From Clostridium sp. (GTDB lineage Bacteria; Bacillota; Clostridia; Clostridiales; Clostridiaceae): 64,000 nt of DNA. Below are positions 19,394-29,402 of this stretch, one piece after another. The stretch's first letter is position 1, and every line of letters begins with the position of its first letter. The translations under genes and the position numbers were made by a program. Location: assembly GCA_051653165.1 (NCBI GenBank), contig JBOFVP010000168.1, positions 12,857 through 76,856 on the forward strand, written 5' to 3'. The notes under the pieces are model-generated. The model did not search any database. It was not told where the DNA came from and saw only the letters and a program-made list of their open reading frames with translations.

Positions 19394-21701
19394 AAAAACT
19401 CCACCTTTCTTTTAGGAGCTTAATACTTTCCTCCTCAATTATACTTATTTCTGCTAGTATATTAGGCTCTATAACTGATATGTCCATAATGATTTCATCA
19501 GCATTCAAAATTTTATATATTTTTTCACTTAATGTTTGTTTTTCAAGAGGAGTTAAAATATTAAATCCAAATCTTAAATGGGGTAAAATAGTTAAAAACT
19601 CCATTTTGGTTAATTCCTGTATCTTTAAGTTTAATGTTTCTAGAACAGCTTGATTTCTATAAATTATATCCTTAGAGCTTAGAATTAATCCCTTTATAAA
19701 TAATGGAAAATCCATCATGACCTTTAATTTATTAATTATGTCATTAAGGGTTATTTCCGCCATTCCATACAAAATACCATAAATACTTCCTAGTAAAGCA
19801 GTATTTTCACAGATGTTGCAAAGATCTACTAATTGTATTCTTAAAAGCTCCTCTTCTCCTCCCTTATTTCTAAAATTGTATACATCAATAAGGGCATAAA
19901 TATAATCCTCCTCCTCCTCACTCTTAATATTTTTTAATGATGGAATTAATGTGCATATCTTTACATAACATCTATTTAAAGATATCCTAAGCACTTCTTT
20001 TAATTCGCCATCATTATCACCTATAAGATTGTGAAGATAATTAATATTATATAAACCATTTACTAAAGAAATAAACTCATCATCATTTACAATTATCTCT
20101 TCCATTATTGGGATCAACTTATTTAGTTGATTTAATAGACCCATGTTATAACACCAAACAAGTATTTTTGAATAATCTAATGTTGAGTTATACCCTCTAG
20201 CTCTTTCTAAAATTATATTAGTTGCTGCTTCCTTTAATGTTCCACCATAAACTGATATATTAATAAGTTTAGCTTCAGCTACATATTCCCATTTATATTT
20301 GAAAGTTCTCCGAATTAAATTCAAATCACTCTTATTTAATATATCAGGCCCTTTAATTAACTCACAGAACCCTATATCTAGAAATATAGTTGTATAAAAG
20401 AATCTTGATATTTCTAAGTGTTTTGGATTTTTGTATATATCTAAAACCTTTTCTTTAGAAGCATAGTCTTCAATTTTCAACCTATATTCTTTAATTTTAT
20501 TCCTAAAATCTAATACCAATGGTGGCACATCGCTATTCTTAGAAACAACTCCAATTTCATCCCCCATTAGAATTTTATCTATACATTCAAAAAACTTAAC
20601 TGTTCCATATCCAATTTCCCCCTTTATTAAACTTCCTTTTAGTCCATCTAATAACTCATATACACCAACTTCTCTCTTCCCCCTTAGAAGTAGTAACCCT
20701 TTAGCTAATTTTAAGCATTCTATTTCATCTGGTGTAGATACCCAAATTTTATTTTTTCTTAACTCTCTTGCTATATTCATTATAAATGTTATTACATTAT
20801 CTTCATAACTTCCCACTGGATTTTTATATAGCTTTTCTAATATGTTCTTATAAAAACCAATATAGGCCATACCTGCCGAATAGCCAAATATAGAATTACA
20901 TTCTTTAAGTGAATAAGGCATTAAATATGATTTGCTATTTATTTTTTTTAATTTAATCCTTTCATTCGCCTCTATCTCATCTAAAATTCCTTTAACATGA
21001 AATCCCCCTACAATAACTAATCTTCTTTTACCCTTCTCATTTAGAATACAATTAGCCATATATTTTTCTCTAATCAATGTTCCATCTTCTTCAAAAGTTG
21101 TTTTATCTGTACTTTCTCTAGCAAAGTAACAAAATCCATACATATCAAATACAAAATCTCTTGTTTCCTTATATAATCCGTTTATTTCAAACTTTCTTTC
21201 ATAATATTCATTAAAATCTCTACATCCTTCTATTTCACATATTCCTTTAACATAATTTGAATAGCTTAAATAACTATCAGAGATAATAATCCTATTTTCT
21301 ATCTCACCCTTATTTTGTGCTAGTCTTTCCCCATAGGATAAGTCTATAAATGATGTTTCAATGTTTAATTCTTTTCCGCATTTTAAAGCAACATACTCAG
21401 GTGAAAAGCTTAAAAACGGATAATAGCAATGATACTTTAGACACTCACTAGATATTTCCCCCTTCTTATCATCAAAAGAGTAATAAATTGCTACTGGAGG
21501 TTTAGTTAAATCATCTATTATATACTCTTTTAATTCTTCGCTTTCCCGAGGCCCCTCTATTAATATCTTATCTGGTTTATACTCTAAAATTAATTTTCTC
21601 AAATGATAGGAACAAACTGGACTATGATGCCTTATTGGGAAAATTATCATATCACTCTCAAGGTTAAATCCCTTTTGGAAAAGTTTTTCTACCTTATCCA
21701 T
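19386..21701 (-). CDS. DUF5682 family protein (YehM-like)
   Basis: PIRHHSPVC, ILIEGP, YYPFLSFSPEYVA, REKYMA, VGGFH, GYSAGM. Confidence 0.88.
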   Translation of the reverse strand: MDKVEKLFQKGFNLESDMIIFPIRHHSPVCSYHLRKLILEYKPDKILIEGPRESEELKEYIIDDLTKPPVAIYYSFDDKKGEISSECLKYHCYYPFLSFSPEYVALKCGKELNIETSFIDLSYGERLAQNKGEIENRIIISDSYLSYSNYVKGICEIEGCRDFNEYYERKFEINGLYKETRDFVFDMYGFCYFARESTDKTTFEEDGTLIREKYMANCILNEKGKRRLVIVGGFHVKGILDEIEANERIKLKKINSKSYLMPYSLKECNSIFGYSAGMAYIGFYKNILEKLYKNPVGSYEDNVITFIMNIARELRKNKIWVSTPDEIECLKLAKGLLLLRGKREVGVYELLDGLKGSLIKGEIGYGTVKFFECIDKILMGDEIGVVSKNSDVPPLVLDFRNKIKEYRLKIEDYASKEKVLDIYKNPKHLEISRFFYTTIFLDIGFCELIKGPDILNKSDLNLIRRTFKYKWEYVAEAKLINISVYGGTLKEAATNIILERARGYNSTLDYSKILVWCYNMGLLNQLNKLIPIMEEIIVNDDEFISLVNGLYNINYLHNLIGDNDGELKEVLRISLNRCYVKICTLIPSLKNIKSEEEEDYIYALIDVYNFRNKGGEEELLRIQLVDLCNICENTALLGSIYGILYGMAEITLNDIINKLKVMMDFPLFIKGLILSSKDIIYRNQAVLETLNLKIQELTKMEFLTILPHLRFGFNILTPLEKQTLSEKIYKILNADEIIMDISVIEPNILAEISIIEEESIKLLKERWSFFE

Positions 21702-22798
21702 TTTTTACTCTCCTCAAGTTCTCTGTAAATACCTCCTAAATTTTCTCCCTTCGTTTTTATTACTGTATTAAAGTAAACTCTTACTTTATCAATATCATCC
21801 TTATTTTCTTTCATTATTGAGCCTAATAAATTTTGTACTAAGTTGTCTGTAGTAATTCTTTTCTCCCCAAAATAATAAGCACTCATTGCACATTGACAAT
21901 ATACTGCAACAGCTTCTGCAGTACTCATAACCCCATTTGGCTTGTTTATTTTCATTCCTTCTACACTTTTACCAAATCTTAATTCATGGAATATAGTCGA
22001 TAAAACCTCAACAATATTTTCATCAATATCTATATTAATACCCAAGGTTGAAAGCGCATTAGTAGCCTCTGTTTTAATAATTTCTTTTTCTAAAGCAATA
22101 GAGGCTATTGGACTAATAGTTTCAAAATTAAACCTTCTTTTCAAAGCTGAGCTCATTTCGTTAACCCCTCTATCTTTTATATTAGCTGTGGCGATAATGT
22201 TAAAACCTTGCTTTGCCTTTATTACACCATTTTCTCCAAGCTCTGGTATGGCTAAAATCTTGTCACTTAATATTGATATTAATGAATCTTGAACCTCTGA
22301 TGGGCATCTAGTAATTTCTTCAAATCTTGTTAGTGTTCCCTGTACCATTCCCTTATAAATAGGACCTTGAACCAAAGCCTCTTCACAAGGTCCTTTAGAT
22401 AATAAAAGAGCATAGTTCCAACTATACTTTATTGTGTCCTCTGATGTTCCAGCAGTACCTTGTATTGTATTAGTAGTAGAGCCACATATTGCAACACTTA
22501 ATAACTCAGATAACATTGTTTTAGCAGTACCTGGTTCCCCAACTAATATTAATGCTCTATTCCCAGCTAAGGTTATAATAGCCCTTTCAACTAGTGCATC
22601 ATCCCCAAAGAATTTTTTCTTAATTTTTATTTTCTTATTCTTATAATCAATTTCTTCTTTCATTCCCAATATAAATGCTCGGACACTTTTTGGAGTTAAC
22701 TTCCACCCCTGTGGCTTTTCTCCTTTATCTATAAATTTTAGTGCCAATAACTCTTCTTTGTAACGTTCCTCTGCAATTGGTTTAATATTATTTTTCAT
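21689..22798 (-). CDS. MoxR-family AAA+ ATPase (YehL-like)
   Basis: Walker A GEPGTAKT, Walker B RFEEITR, ATAN sensor I, SSALKRRF Arg finger. Confidence 0.93.
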   Translation of the reverse strand: MKNNIKPIAEERYKEELLALKFIDKGEKPQGWKLTPKSVRAFILGMKEEIDYKNKKIKIKKKFFGDDALVERAIITLAGNRALILVGEPGTAKTMLSELLSVAICGSTTNTIQGTAGTSEDTIKYSWNYALLLSKGPCEEALVQGPIYKGMVQGTLTRFEEITRCPSEVQDSLISILSDKILAIPELGENGVIKAKQGFNIIATANIKDRGVNEMSSALKRRFNFETISPIASIALEKEIIKTEATNALSTLGINIDIDENIVEVLSTIFHELRFGKSVEGMKINKPNGVMSTAEAVAVYCQCAMSAYYFGEKRITTDNLVQNLLGSIMKENKDDIDKVRVYFNTVIKTKGENLGGIYRELEESKKWIR

Positions 22799-22949
22799 AA
22801 TTTACCTCTTTTCATTTATATCAAGTTATTCTTAACCTCATGTAGACATTGTAAAATCCTATACTTTCCTAGGCATTAAAATATATGAGAAATTATGTAA
22901 TTATAGAACACTCTTTTTTAGTACTAAATATCATTAAAAATAAAATAAT

Positions 22950-23107
22950 CGCCAAGGTGACTTTTTGGAGCCATCCATTATTTTTAGCGCATCTGCATTT
23001 CCGAAACTTGCCTGAGGAAAATTTTGCAGTCGTACTGTATTAATTTTTATTCTATAGGCTGAGTCACTTTGTATTCTTATTGTGATTCAGTTATCCTAAA
23101 CTTACCT
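22950..23107. ncRNA. Candidate structured RNA or leader (unassigned)
   Basis: Locally GC-richer intergenic island with several stems: CTGCA-TTTCC/GGAAA-TGCAG, TAGG-CTGAGTCAC/GTGATTCAG-CCTA, and alternative AAGGTGACT/AGTCACTTT. Confidence 0.4.
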
Positions 23108-23130
23108 AAAATATAATTTCCTGATAGAAT

Positions 23131-23161
23131 AAAAAAACAATCTTTGTACAAGATTGCTTTT
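23131..23161. terminator. Bidirectional-looking intrinsic terminator
   Basis: A7-CAATCTT-loop-AAGATTG-CTTTT. Confidence 0.65.
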
Positions 23162-23197
23162 GTTTTATGAATACATATTTAATTCTAAATTGCAACT

Positions 23198-23872
23198 TTA
23201 TTCTCTACATTTCCTGTTATAAAACTTTTCAATTTCATTTAACATTGAATATTCCTTAGGCGAAGTATTATAAAAATCTAACTCATCCTCAAAGCAAAAT
23301 GATAAATCCTCTTCAAGTTCAATTTCATCTACCAGATTAAACTCTTGAAAATTATTTTCTTTTACTTGGTTCTTACAATTTTCATTTTTATAGAAATCAT
23401 CAAAATAAGATTTGAATTCATCCTCTTTAAAAATATCCTTGGAACAATCAGAATTACATTTTTCTTCACTCTTACAAGCATTGTACCCTTCTGAATAACC
23501 TTTTTCATATCCCTTTTCCATTCCAAGCTTTAATCCTTTAATAAAGCATTCACGCTTCGCTTGTTCAACTCCCTTTTCATACCCCTTTTTGTAACCAGCA
23601 TAATAAAATTTTTGAGGTACACCACAGGAACCCTTAGTAAAACCAAGCTTATATCCTACTGTTAAACCATTGTTATATCCTATTTCTTTTCCCTTATTGT
23701 ATCCATTCTTTACACCTTCTGTATAACCACAACTATATCCATTTTTATATGCTAAATCACAATCATCTTCTTTATTGCAATTATAGTAATCATTGTAACA
23801 CTTATCAAACTGTTCTAAGGAATTGCACTTTTTATTATTACCATTTAACTTATCCATAAGTATCCTCTCCAT
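23198..23872 (-). CDS. Cys/Tyr/Gly-rich protein with GYxx repeats (possible spore coat protein)
   Basis: Tandem G-Y/F-x-x tetrads (GYEKGYSEGY), many Cys, acidic tail. Confidence 0.6.
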   Translation of the reverse strand: MERILMDKLNGNNKKCNSLEQFDKCYNDYYNCNKEDDCDLAYKNGYSCGYTEGVKNGYNKGKEIGYNNGLTVGYKLGFTKGSCGVPQKFYYAGYKKGYEKGVEQAKRECFIKGLKLGMEKGYEKGYSEGYNACKSEEKCNSDCSKDIFKEDEFKSYFDDFYKNENCKNQVKENNFQEFNLVDEIELEEDLSFCFEDELDFYNTSPKEYSMLNEIEKFYNRKCRE

Positions 23873-23942
23873 ATCAAAATTTATTATATTCTATGCTTTA
23901 TGGAGGTATTATGACATAATTCTAACTAATTTACTTTTACAT

Positions 23943-24899
23943 TCACTTAGTTTTTTTTATTATAGCAATAAAAAATCCCTCTACCATTTCACTTGGTACA
24001 ATCCTAATACATTTTTTTAATTCCTCTGAAAGTTTTACACCACTATATGAGCTAATACCGTCTTTAAAGCCTATTATTTCTCTATTAATGGGAATCAACT
24101 CAACCTTTTCCTTACTTAATATTTCACTTATTACAAATTCATTTTCATAAGGGTTTAATGTACAGGTAGAATAAATAATACATCCCTCATCCTTTAATAA
24201 TTCTAATCCATTCCTTAGTAACCTTTTTTGTAGCTTTACTAGCTTCTTGATTCTATCCTCATTCCACAGATAGCTTGGACTATTCTTTTTAAATCGTAGT
24301 ATTCCTTCTCCAGAACAAGGAGCATCTATGAGGATATAATCAAATTTATTATTTAAAATTTTAGCTATATTTTTACCGTTATACGGAGTTATATTGATCT
24401 TTGCACCCTGTTTAATAATATTACTATTCAGAATCTGCCGCCTAATGTCATTTGGTTCATTAGCTGTAATATTACAGGTTCCTTGTGATAGGTCATAGGC
24501 ATAGAGGCATTTTCCTCCTGGAGCACTACACATATCAAGAATATCTACTCCCTTATTATAATCAATAAATAATGGTGGTATTAAACTTGATATACTTTGT
24601 AAATAAATTTCACCATTTTTATAGCAATTTAACCTTTTAATTTTATTCTCGAATTGTCCCTTTAGAAAAAAAGTATTAGGTAGGTTTATTATGTCTATAG
24701 GATTTAGCCTATTCTTTTTAAATTCCTTAATTATATCCCCTTTGTTTCCCTTTAAGGTATTAATTCTAAAAGAAGTATTTCTTCCTTTTAGAAAGCTTAA
24801 ATAAATTGAATCTCTTTCTTTTTGGGTATATACTTCTTCTAACATTAACAAAAAGTTATTTGGCAGTTTTGACTTTATGTCATTAATAGACATTGACAC
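23943..24899 (-). CDS. RsmB/NOP (RsmF-like) RNA m5C methyltransferase
   Basis: DMCSAPGGK, DAPCSGEG and YSTCT...ENE motifs. Confidence 0.9.
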   Translation of the reverse strand: MSMSINDIKSKLPNNFLLMLEEVYTQKERDSIYLSFLKGRNTSFRINTLKGNKGDIIKEFKKNRLNPIDIINLPNTFFLKGQFENKIKRLNCYKNGEIYLQSISSLIPPLFIDYNKGVDILDMCSAPGGKCLYAYDLSQGTCNITANEPNDIRRQILNSNIIKQGAKINITPYNGKNIAKILNNKFDYILIDAPCSGEGILRFKKNSPSYLWNEDRIKKLVKLQKRLLRNGLELLKDEGCIIYSTCTLNPYENEFVISEILSKEKVELIPINREIIGFKDGISSYSGVKLSEELKKCIRIVPSEMVEGFFIAIIKKTK

Positions 24900-24984
24900 T
24901 CTCCAATAATTATTTATATTATATTTTATTATGCTATACAGGGTAAATATTCTTATTTAAATGTTTTCAGAGAATTAATTTGCA

Positions 24985-25854
24985 TTATGAATTAACAATT
25001 TCACCACCATTAACATGAATAGTTTCTCCAGTAATAAATGAGGCTCCTTGTGATGCTAAAAAAACATAGCTTTCTGCAATTTCAACTGGTTGCGCTGCTC
25101 TTTTCAACGCTGTATTTCCTCCAAATTTAGCCACATCTGCACCATTAAATGAAGATGGTATAAGCGGTGTCCATACCGGTCCCGGTGCTACTGCATTAAC
25201 CCTAATCCCTCTTCCAGCTAAATTTAGGCTTAAACTTCTTGTAAAAGATGTTAATGCTCCCTTAGTTGTGGAATAACCAATTAAGGTTTCATGTCCATGA
25301 TATGCTGTAACTGATGTTGTATTAATAATAGAAGAACCTTCTTTTAAGTGTGGTAAAACAGCTTTTGTTAAGTAGAATGGTCCAAATATATTAGTGTTAA
25401 ATGTTCTATGCAATAGCTCTAAATCAATTTCTTCAAAAATCTTTGATGTATGTTGTTCTGCAGCATTGTTAACTAGTATATCTATTGAATTAAATTTTTC
25501 TAAGGTTTTATCTACAATTTCATTAGAAAATTCAACTTTGCCAATGTCACCCTTAATTAGAAGACATTCTCCACCTATGGATTCTATTAATACTTTTGTT
25601 GCTTCTGCATCTCCGATTTCATTTAAATAAACAATCACAACCTTTGCCCCTTCTCTTGCATATGCAACAGATATCGCTCTTCCTATTCCACTATCCCCTC
25701 CAGTTATAATTGCAACTTTATCTATTAATCTTTTTCCATTATTAATATATTCTTTTTGAGAATATATTGGTAATGGCCTCATTTCACTTTCTATTCCAGG
25801 TTGATTTGTTTGTGTTTGACTTGGAAAGGTTTTAGGAAAACTTTTTTCTATCAT
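24985..25854 (-). CDS. SDR family oxidoreductase (YdaD/YhdF-like)
   Basis: TGGDSGIG, NNAAEQ, YSTTK (YxxxK), VAPGPVWTPLIP; QPGIE N-terminal extension; ATG 25854 follows GGAG. Confidence 0.92.
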   Translation of the reverse strand: MIEKSFPKTFPSQTQTNQPGIESEMRPLPIYSQKEYINNGKRLIDKVAIITGGDSGIGRAISVAYAREGAKVVIVYLNEIGDAEATKVLIESIGGECLLIKGDIGKVEFSNEIVDKTLEKFNSIDILVNNAAEQHTSKIFEEIDLELLHRTFNTNIFGPFYLTKAVLPHLKEGSSIINTTSVTAYHGHETLIGYSTTKGALTSFTRSLSLNLAGRGIRVNAVAPGPVWTPLIPSSFNGADVAKFGGNTALKRAAQPVEIAESYVFLASQGASFITGETIHVNGGEIVNS

Positions 25855-25905
25855 AAATTTCACTCCATAATTTTTTTAATATGATTATTTAATACATACC
25901 TTAAT

Positions 25906-25935
25906 AATTATTACCAATAGTGATTTGAATTATAC
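25906..25935 (-). promoter_or_regulatory. Putative SigF-type promoter of the SDR gene
   Basis: Minus strand GTATA-N15-GGTAATAATT. Confidence 0.55.
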
Positions 25936-25955
25936 CTCTTTTTAAAATTCAAAAA

Positions 25956-25996
25956 AGGTGTATCAAATTAAGCATAATGCTTAATTTGATACACCT
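25956..25996 (-). terminator. Perfect 20-bp-arm palindrome, probable terminator of the rluB-rpiR unit
   Basis: AGGTGTATCAAATTAAGCAT-A-ATGCTTAATTTGATACACCT with a T run on the minus strand. Confidence 0.75.
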
Positions 25997-26103
25997 CTAT
26001 AAAGGAAATATATGATATATTGGGGATAAAAGTGTCTATAATTAATATATCATAATTTTAATAAATTAAAATAAACAAAGAGTTAACAATTTGTAAAGTT
26101 TCT

Positions 26104-27000
26104 TTAATCTTCATGTACATTTTTAGAGTTATAAGTATACACATTATAGTCCTGCCATATTTGCTCTAATGAACCAAATGTATTTGTTATACTTTCTTTT
26201 TCATTCATTCCAACTGCAATTATTAAAGCATTAATAACTGACAGTGGAGCCACTAAAGAATCAACAAACGAAGCCATATTACTTTGTGCAATTAAAGTGT
26301 TATCAGCCTTTGATGCTAATGGAGAAAGAAAAGAATCAGTTATTGCAACAACCTTCGCCCCTCTATTTTTAGCAAAATCTAATGCATCAATTGTTTTTGC
26401 AGCATATCTTGGGAATCCAATTCCTATAACCAAGTCACCTTCTGATACATTTATCATTTGTTCAAATATGTCTGATATTCCATAGCTTACAGTTTTTACA
26501 TTCTGAAGTATTACATTTAAGTAAAATCCTAAAAATTCTGCAAGTGCAGTAGAACTTCTAAGCCCTAATATGTATATATGTTTAGCCTCAAATATACTTG
26601 TAACCACTTCTTCAAAAACAGAAGGGTTTATTTTTTCAAGAGTTGTTCTTATGTTTTCCATATCAGCCTTAAGAACCCCTTTTAAAGCATCTCCATTTGA
26701 AATTAAATCATTTGATAGCTCAAGTCTTTGAACTGTAGTAAGTTTATTTTTTATTAGCTCTTGAAGTGATTTTTGTAACTTAGGATAACCCGAAAAACCT
26801 AGTTCATTTGCAAACCTTACAACAGTTGACTCAGAAACACCAACAGCTATCCCAAGTCTTGCAGCTGTCATAAATGCAGCCTTATCATAATTTTTTAAAA
26901 TAAACTCTGCAATTAATTTTTGTCCTTTACTTAGTCTTGAATACTTACTTTGTATAAGTCTCATTAAATCTTTACTTTGATCAGTTAAATTGTTTTCCAT
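26104..27000 (-). CDS. MurR/RpiR family transcriptional regulator
   Basis: HTH GVSESTVVRFANELGFSGY plus SIS domain (GLRSS, ITDSFLSPLA); ATG 27000 preferred. Confidence 0.93.
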   Translation of the reverse strand: MENNLTDQSKDLMRLIQSKYSRLSKGQKLIAEFILKNYDKAAFMTAARLGIAVGVSESTVVRFANELGFSGYPKLQKSLQELIKNKLTTVQRLELSNDLISNGDALKGVLKADMENIRTTLEKINPSVFEEVVTSIFEAKHIYILGLRSSTALAEFLGFYLNVILQNVKTVSYGISDIFEQMINVSEGDLVIGIGFPRYAAKTIDALDFAKNRGAKVVAITDSFLSPLASKADNTLIAQSNMASFVDSLVAPLSVINALIIAVGMNEKESITNTFGSLEQIWQDYNVYTYNSKNVHED

Positions 27001-27118
27001 TATTATTTCCATCCTATATATAAAAGTCAAATTTAATATTCTGTAATTTATAATATTTTATCATTTTAATCTAAAATATTCAACATAAAAAAGAAAGATT
27101 TAATATTTAATCTTTCAT

Positions 27119-27661
27119 TTATTTCTTTTCCACCACAACTAAAACTGGAGGATTATTATCTCTATTTATGAAATCGTGGCACATTACACCATATTTTTTC
27201 TTATCTAGTGTTTTCAAATATTCTATTATGCAAGATTCTTCCTCTTTTCCTGCACTATGTCCTCTATATATACAAACTGTCATAATTCCTCCTGAAGCTA
27301 AAATTGATAATCCAACTTCAATACTCTTTAATGAGGTTTCCTTTAATGTTGTTATATTCTTATCACCCTTTGGAAGGAATCCTAAATTGTACATTATACA
27401 ATTTACTTCACCATCAACGTATTCTTTAAATAGGTGATGTGAGTCATTAACTACTTTTACATTATTATAACCTAAAGCCTCATAAGCTTCACAGGGCTCT
27501 TCTTGAATTTCAAAAGAATAAACTCTTTTAAAGTTATCCTTTAAAAAATCTGTATCATGGCCATTACCTAAGGTACCATCAATTGCTACATCCTTATCTT
27601 TTAAGTAATATTCAATAATATGTTGAGCTAATTTACTAATATCTGAAACGTAATTAAACAT
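27119..27661 (-). CDS. Class I SAM-dependent methyltransferase (YtqB/MnmM-like)
   Basis: IDGTLGNGHDT, YNLGFLPKGDK, YRGHSAGKEE. Confidence 0.88.
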   Translation of the reverse strand: MFNYVSDISKLAQHIIEYYLKDKDVAIDGTLGNGHDTDFLKDNFKRVYSFEIQEEPCEAYEALGYNNVKVVNDSHHLFKEYVDGEVNCIMYNLGFLPKGDKNITTLKETSLKSIEVGLSILASGGIMTVCIYRGHSAGKEEESCIIEYLKTLDKKKYGVMCHDFINRDNNPPVLVVVEKK

Positions 27662-27671
27662 TATACCTCCA

Positions 27672-28397
27672 TTATAAACTATTTACATAGTTTAATTCTT
27701 CTTCTCTAAGTTGTCTGTACTCTCCTACCTTTAAGTATCCTAGGGATAACTCTCCAACTTGAACTCTTTTTAGAGATAAAACATTATGATTTACAGCTGA
27801 ACACATTCTTCTAACCTGTCTGTTCTTCCCTTCATGTATGCTTATCTCAACTGTTGAAACAATTGCCCCACTTTTCCTTCTATCTACTCTAATTATTTTT
27901 ACTTCAGCAGGTGCTGTAATATATCCACCTATATCTACACCTTTTCTTAATCTATTTCCATCATTCTCTGTAAATTCTCCCTCACATAAAACAACGTACT
28001 TCTTTTTTAGCTCTACTCTAGGGTGAATTATCTTATTATATACTTCCCCATCATTTGTTAGTAGCAAAAGACCTGATGAATCATAGTCAAGTCTACCTAT
28101 TGGGAAAACTCGTTCTTTTACCTTTACAATATCTAAAATTGTTTTTCTTCCCTTTTCATCTGCTAAAGAAGTAATGTATCCTGTAGGCTTATTTAACATT
28201 ATATAAACCTTATTTTCTTCCTTAGTAATAACATTACCATTATATATAACTTCATCCTTTTCTGGATTAACCTTTATTCCTAATTCAGTAATAACTGTAC
28301 CATTCACCTTAACATTTCCTGCAAGTATTAATTCCTCGCATTTTCTTCTTGATGCCACCCCACAAGATGCCATGTATTTTTGTAATCTTTCTTCCAT
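27672..28397 (-). CDS. rluB: rRNA pseudouridine synthase (RluB/RsuA family)
   Basis: S4 domain RLQKYMASCGVASRRKCEE, catalytic GRLD, EGKNRQVRRM. Confidence 0.9.
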   Translation of the reverse strand: MEERLQKYMASCGVASRRKCEELILAGNVKVNGTVITELGIKVNPEKDEVIYNGNVITKEENKVYIMLNKPTGYITSLADEKGRKTILDIVKVKERVFPIGRLDYDSSGLLLLTNDGEVYNKIIHPRVELKKKYVVLCEGEFTENDGNRLRKGVDIGGYITAPAEVKIIRVDRRKSGAIVSTVEISIHEGKNRQVRRMCSAVNHNVLSLKRVQVGELSLGYLKVGEYRQLREEELNYVNSL

Positions 28398-28543
28398 GTT
28401 TACACACTCCATTGTTTTTCTCTTATTGATTATATAGAAGTTTCAGCTAAGTTTCAACATATTTAAAATTATAATTATTGTTGCTATTCATATAGTAGTT
28501 TTGATATACTTTATTCATATTTTATATAGAGAAAGGTGATATT

Positions 28544-29365
28544 ATGGAAAAATTATTATTTGGTATCTCAGGACTTCCTCTTGGAGAAGAAGGTCAAAAA
28601 TTTACATATGCAACTGGTATTGAACATTTACATAAAATAGGATTAGATGCAATGGAGTTACCCTTTGTAAGAAGTGTTAATGTAACTGCAAAAAATAAGG
28701 ATGCAATAATTGAAGCAAAAAATAAATATAATATATACTTATCAGCCCATGGTTCATATTTTATAAATCTAAATGCTGTTGAGGATGATAAAAAGGAAAA
28801 GTCTTTAGAAAGAATTCAACAAGGTGCTAATGCTCTAGACCTAGTTGGTGGCAGAAGCCTTGTATTCCATCCAGGATTTTATTTAAAGTCTACAAAGGAA
28901 GATACTCTTGAAGAAATAAAGAATAACCTTAAAAAGCTTCCTAGTGGAAATGTTGATTATAGATTAGAAACTACAGGTAAAGGTACTCAATTTGGTGATT
29001 TAGCTGAACTAATTAATATCTGCAAAGAAATTCCTACTTGTAAGCTATGCATTGATTTTTCTCATCTTCATGCAAGAGGCGGTGGAGCCTTAAAAACTTA
29101 TGATGATTTTAAGAATATATTAGAAACTATACTTCAAGGGTTAGGAAGGGAGGTTCTAGATGATTTGCATATGCATATGTCTGGTATTGCCTATACTCAA
29201 AAGGGAGAAAAAAACCATCTTCCATTCCTTGAAAGTGATTTTAACTTTGTTGCCTGCTTAAAAGCTCTAAAGGATTATGATGTTAAAGGATGTATTATTT
29301 GTGAAAGTCCTATTTTAGAAAGAGATGCTCTGTTATTAAAGGAAACTTATGAGAGTCTTGAGTAA
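28544..29365 (+). CDS. Endonuclease IV-like TIM-barrel (AP endonuclease 2 family)
   Basis: SAHGSYFINLN, VFHPG, LETTGKGTQFG, IDFSHLHAR, HMHMSG, ICESP. Confidence 0.88.
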   Translation: MEKLLFGISGLPLGEEGQKFTYATGIEHLHKIGLDAMELPFVRSVNVTAKNKDAIIEAKNKYNIYLSAHGSYFINLNAVEDDKKEKSLERIQQGANALDLVGGRSLVFHPGFYLKSTKEDTLEEIKNNLKKLPSGNVDYRLETTGKGTQFGDLAELINICKEIPTCKLCIDFSHLHARGGGALKTYDDFKNILETILQGLGREVLDDLHMHMSGIAYTQKGEKNHLPFLESDFNFVACLKALKDYDVKGCIICESPILERDALLLKETYESLE

Positions 29366-29371
29366 TATTAA

Positions 29372-29399
29372 TTAAGGTCTAGTTTTTCTAGACCTTAAT
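29372..29399. terminator. Bidirectional terminator between convergent genes
   Basis: TTAAGGTCTAG-TTTTT-CTAGACCTTAA. Confidence 0.7.
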
Positions 29400-29402
29400 C
29401 TT

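Noticed and set aside
7377-22646. Many short plus-strand ORFs in the track (e.g. 7377-7649, 15435-15905, 16026-16526, 21942-22292)
   Set aside because: Antisense shadows of long minus-strand genes; Ser/Phe/Leu/Ile-rich composition and no RBS
22950-23107. Assignment as T-box, c-di-GMP, lysine or SAM riboswitch
   Set aside because: Diagnostic conserved motifs are absent; kept only as an unassigned structured candidate
25956-25996. Perfect 41-bp palindrome as CRISPR repeat or transposon end
   Set aside because: Single copy, no spacers or cas genes; its position and T run fit a terminator
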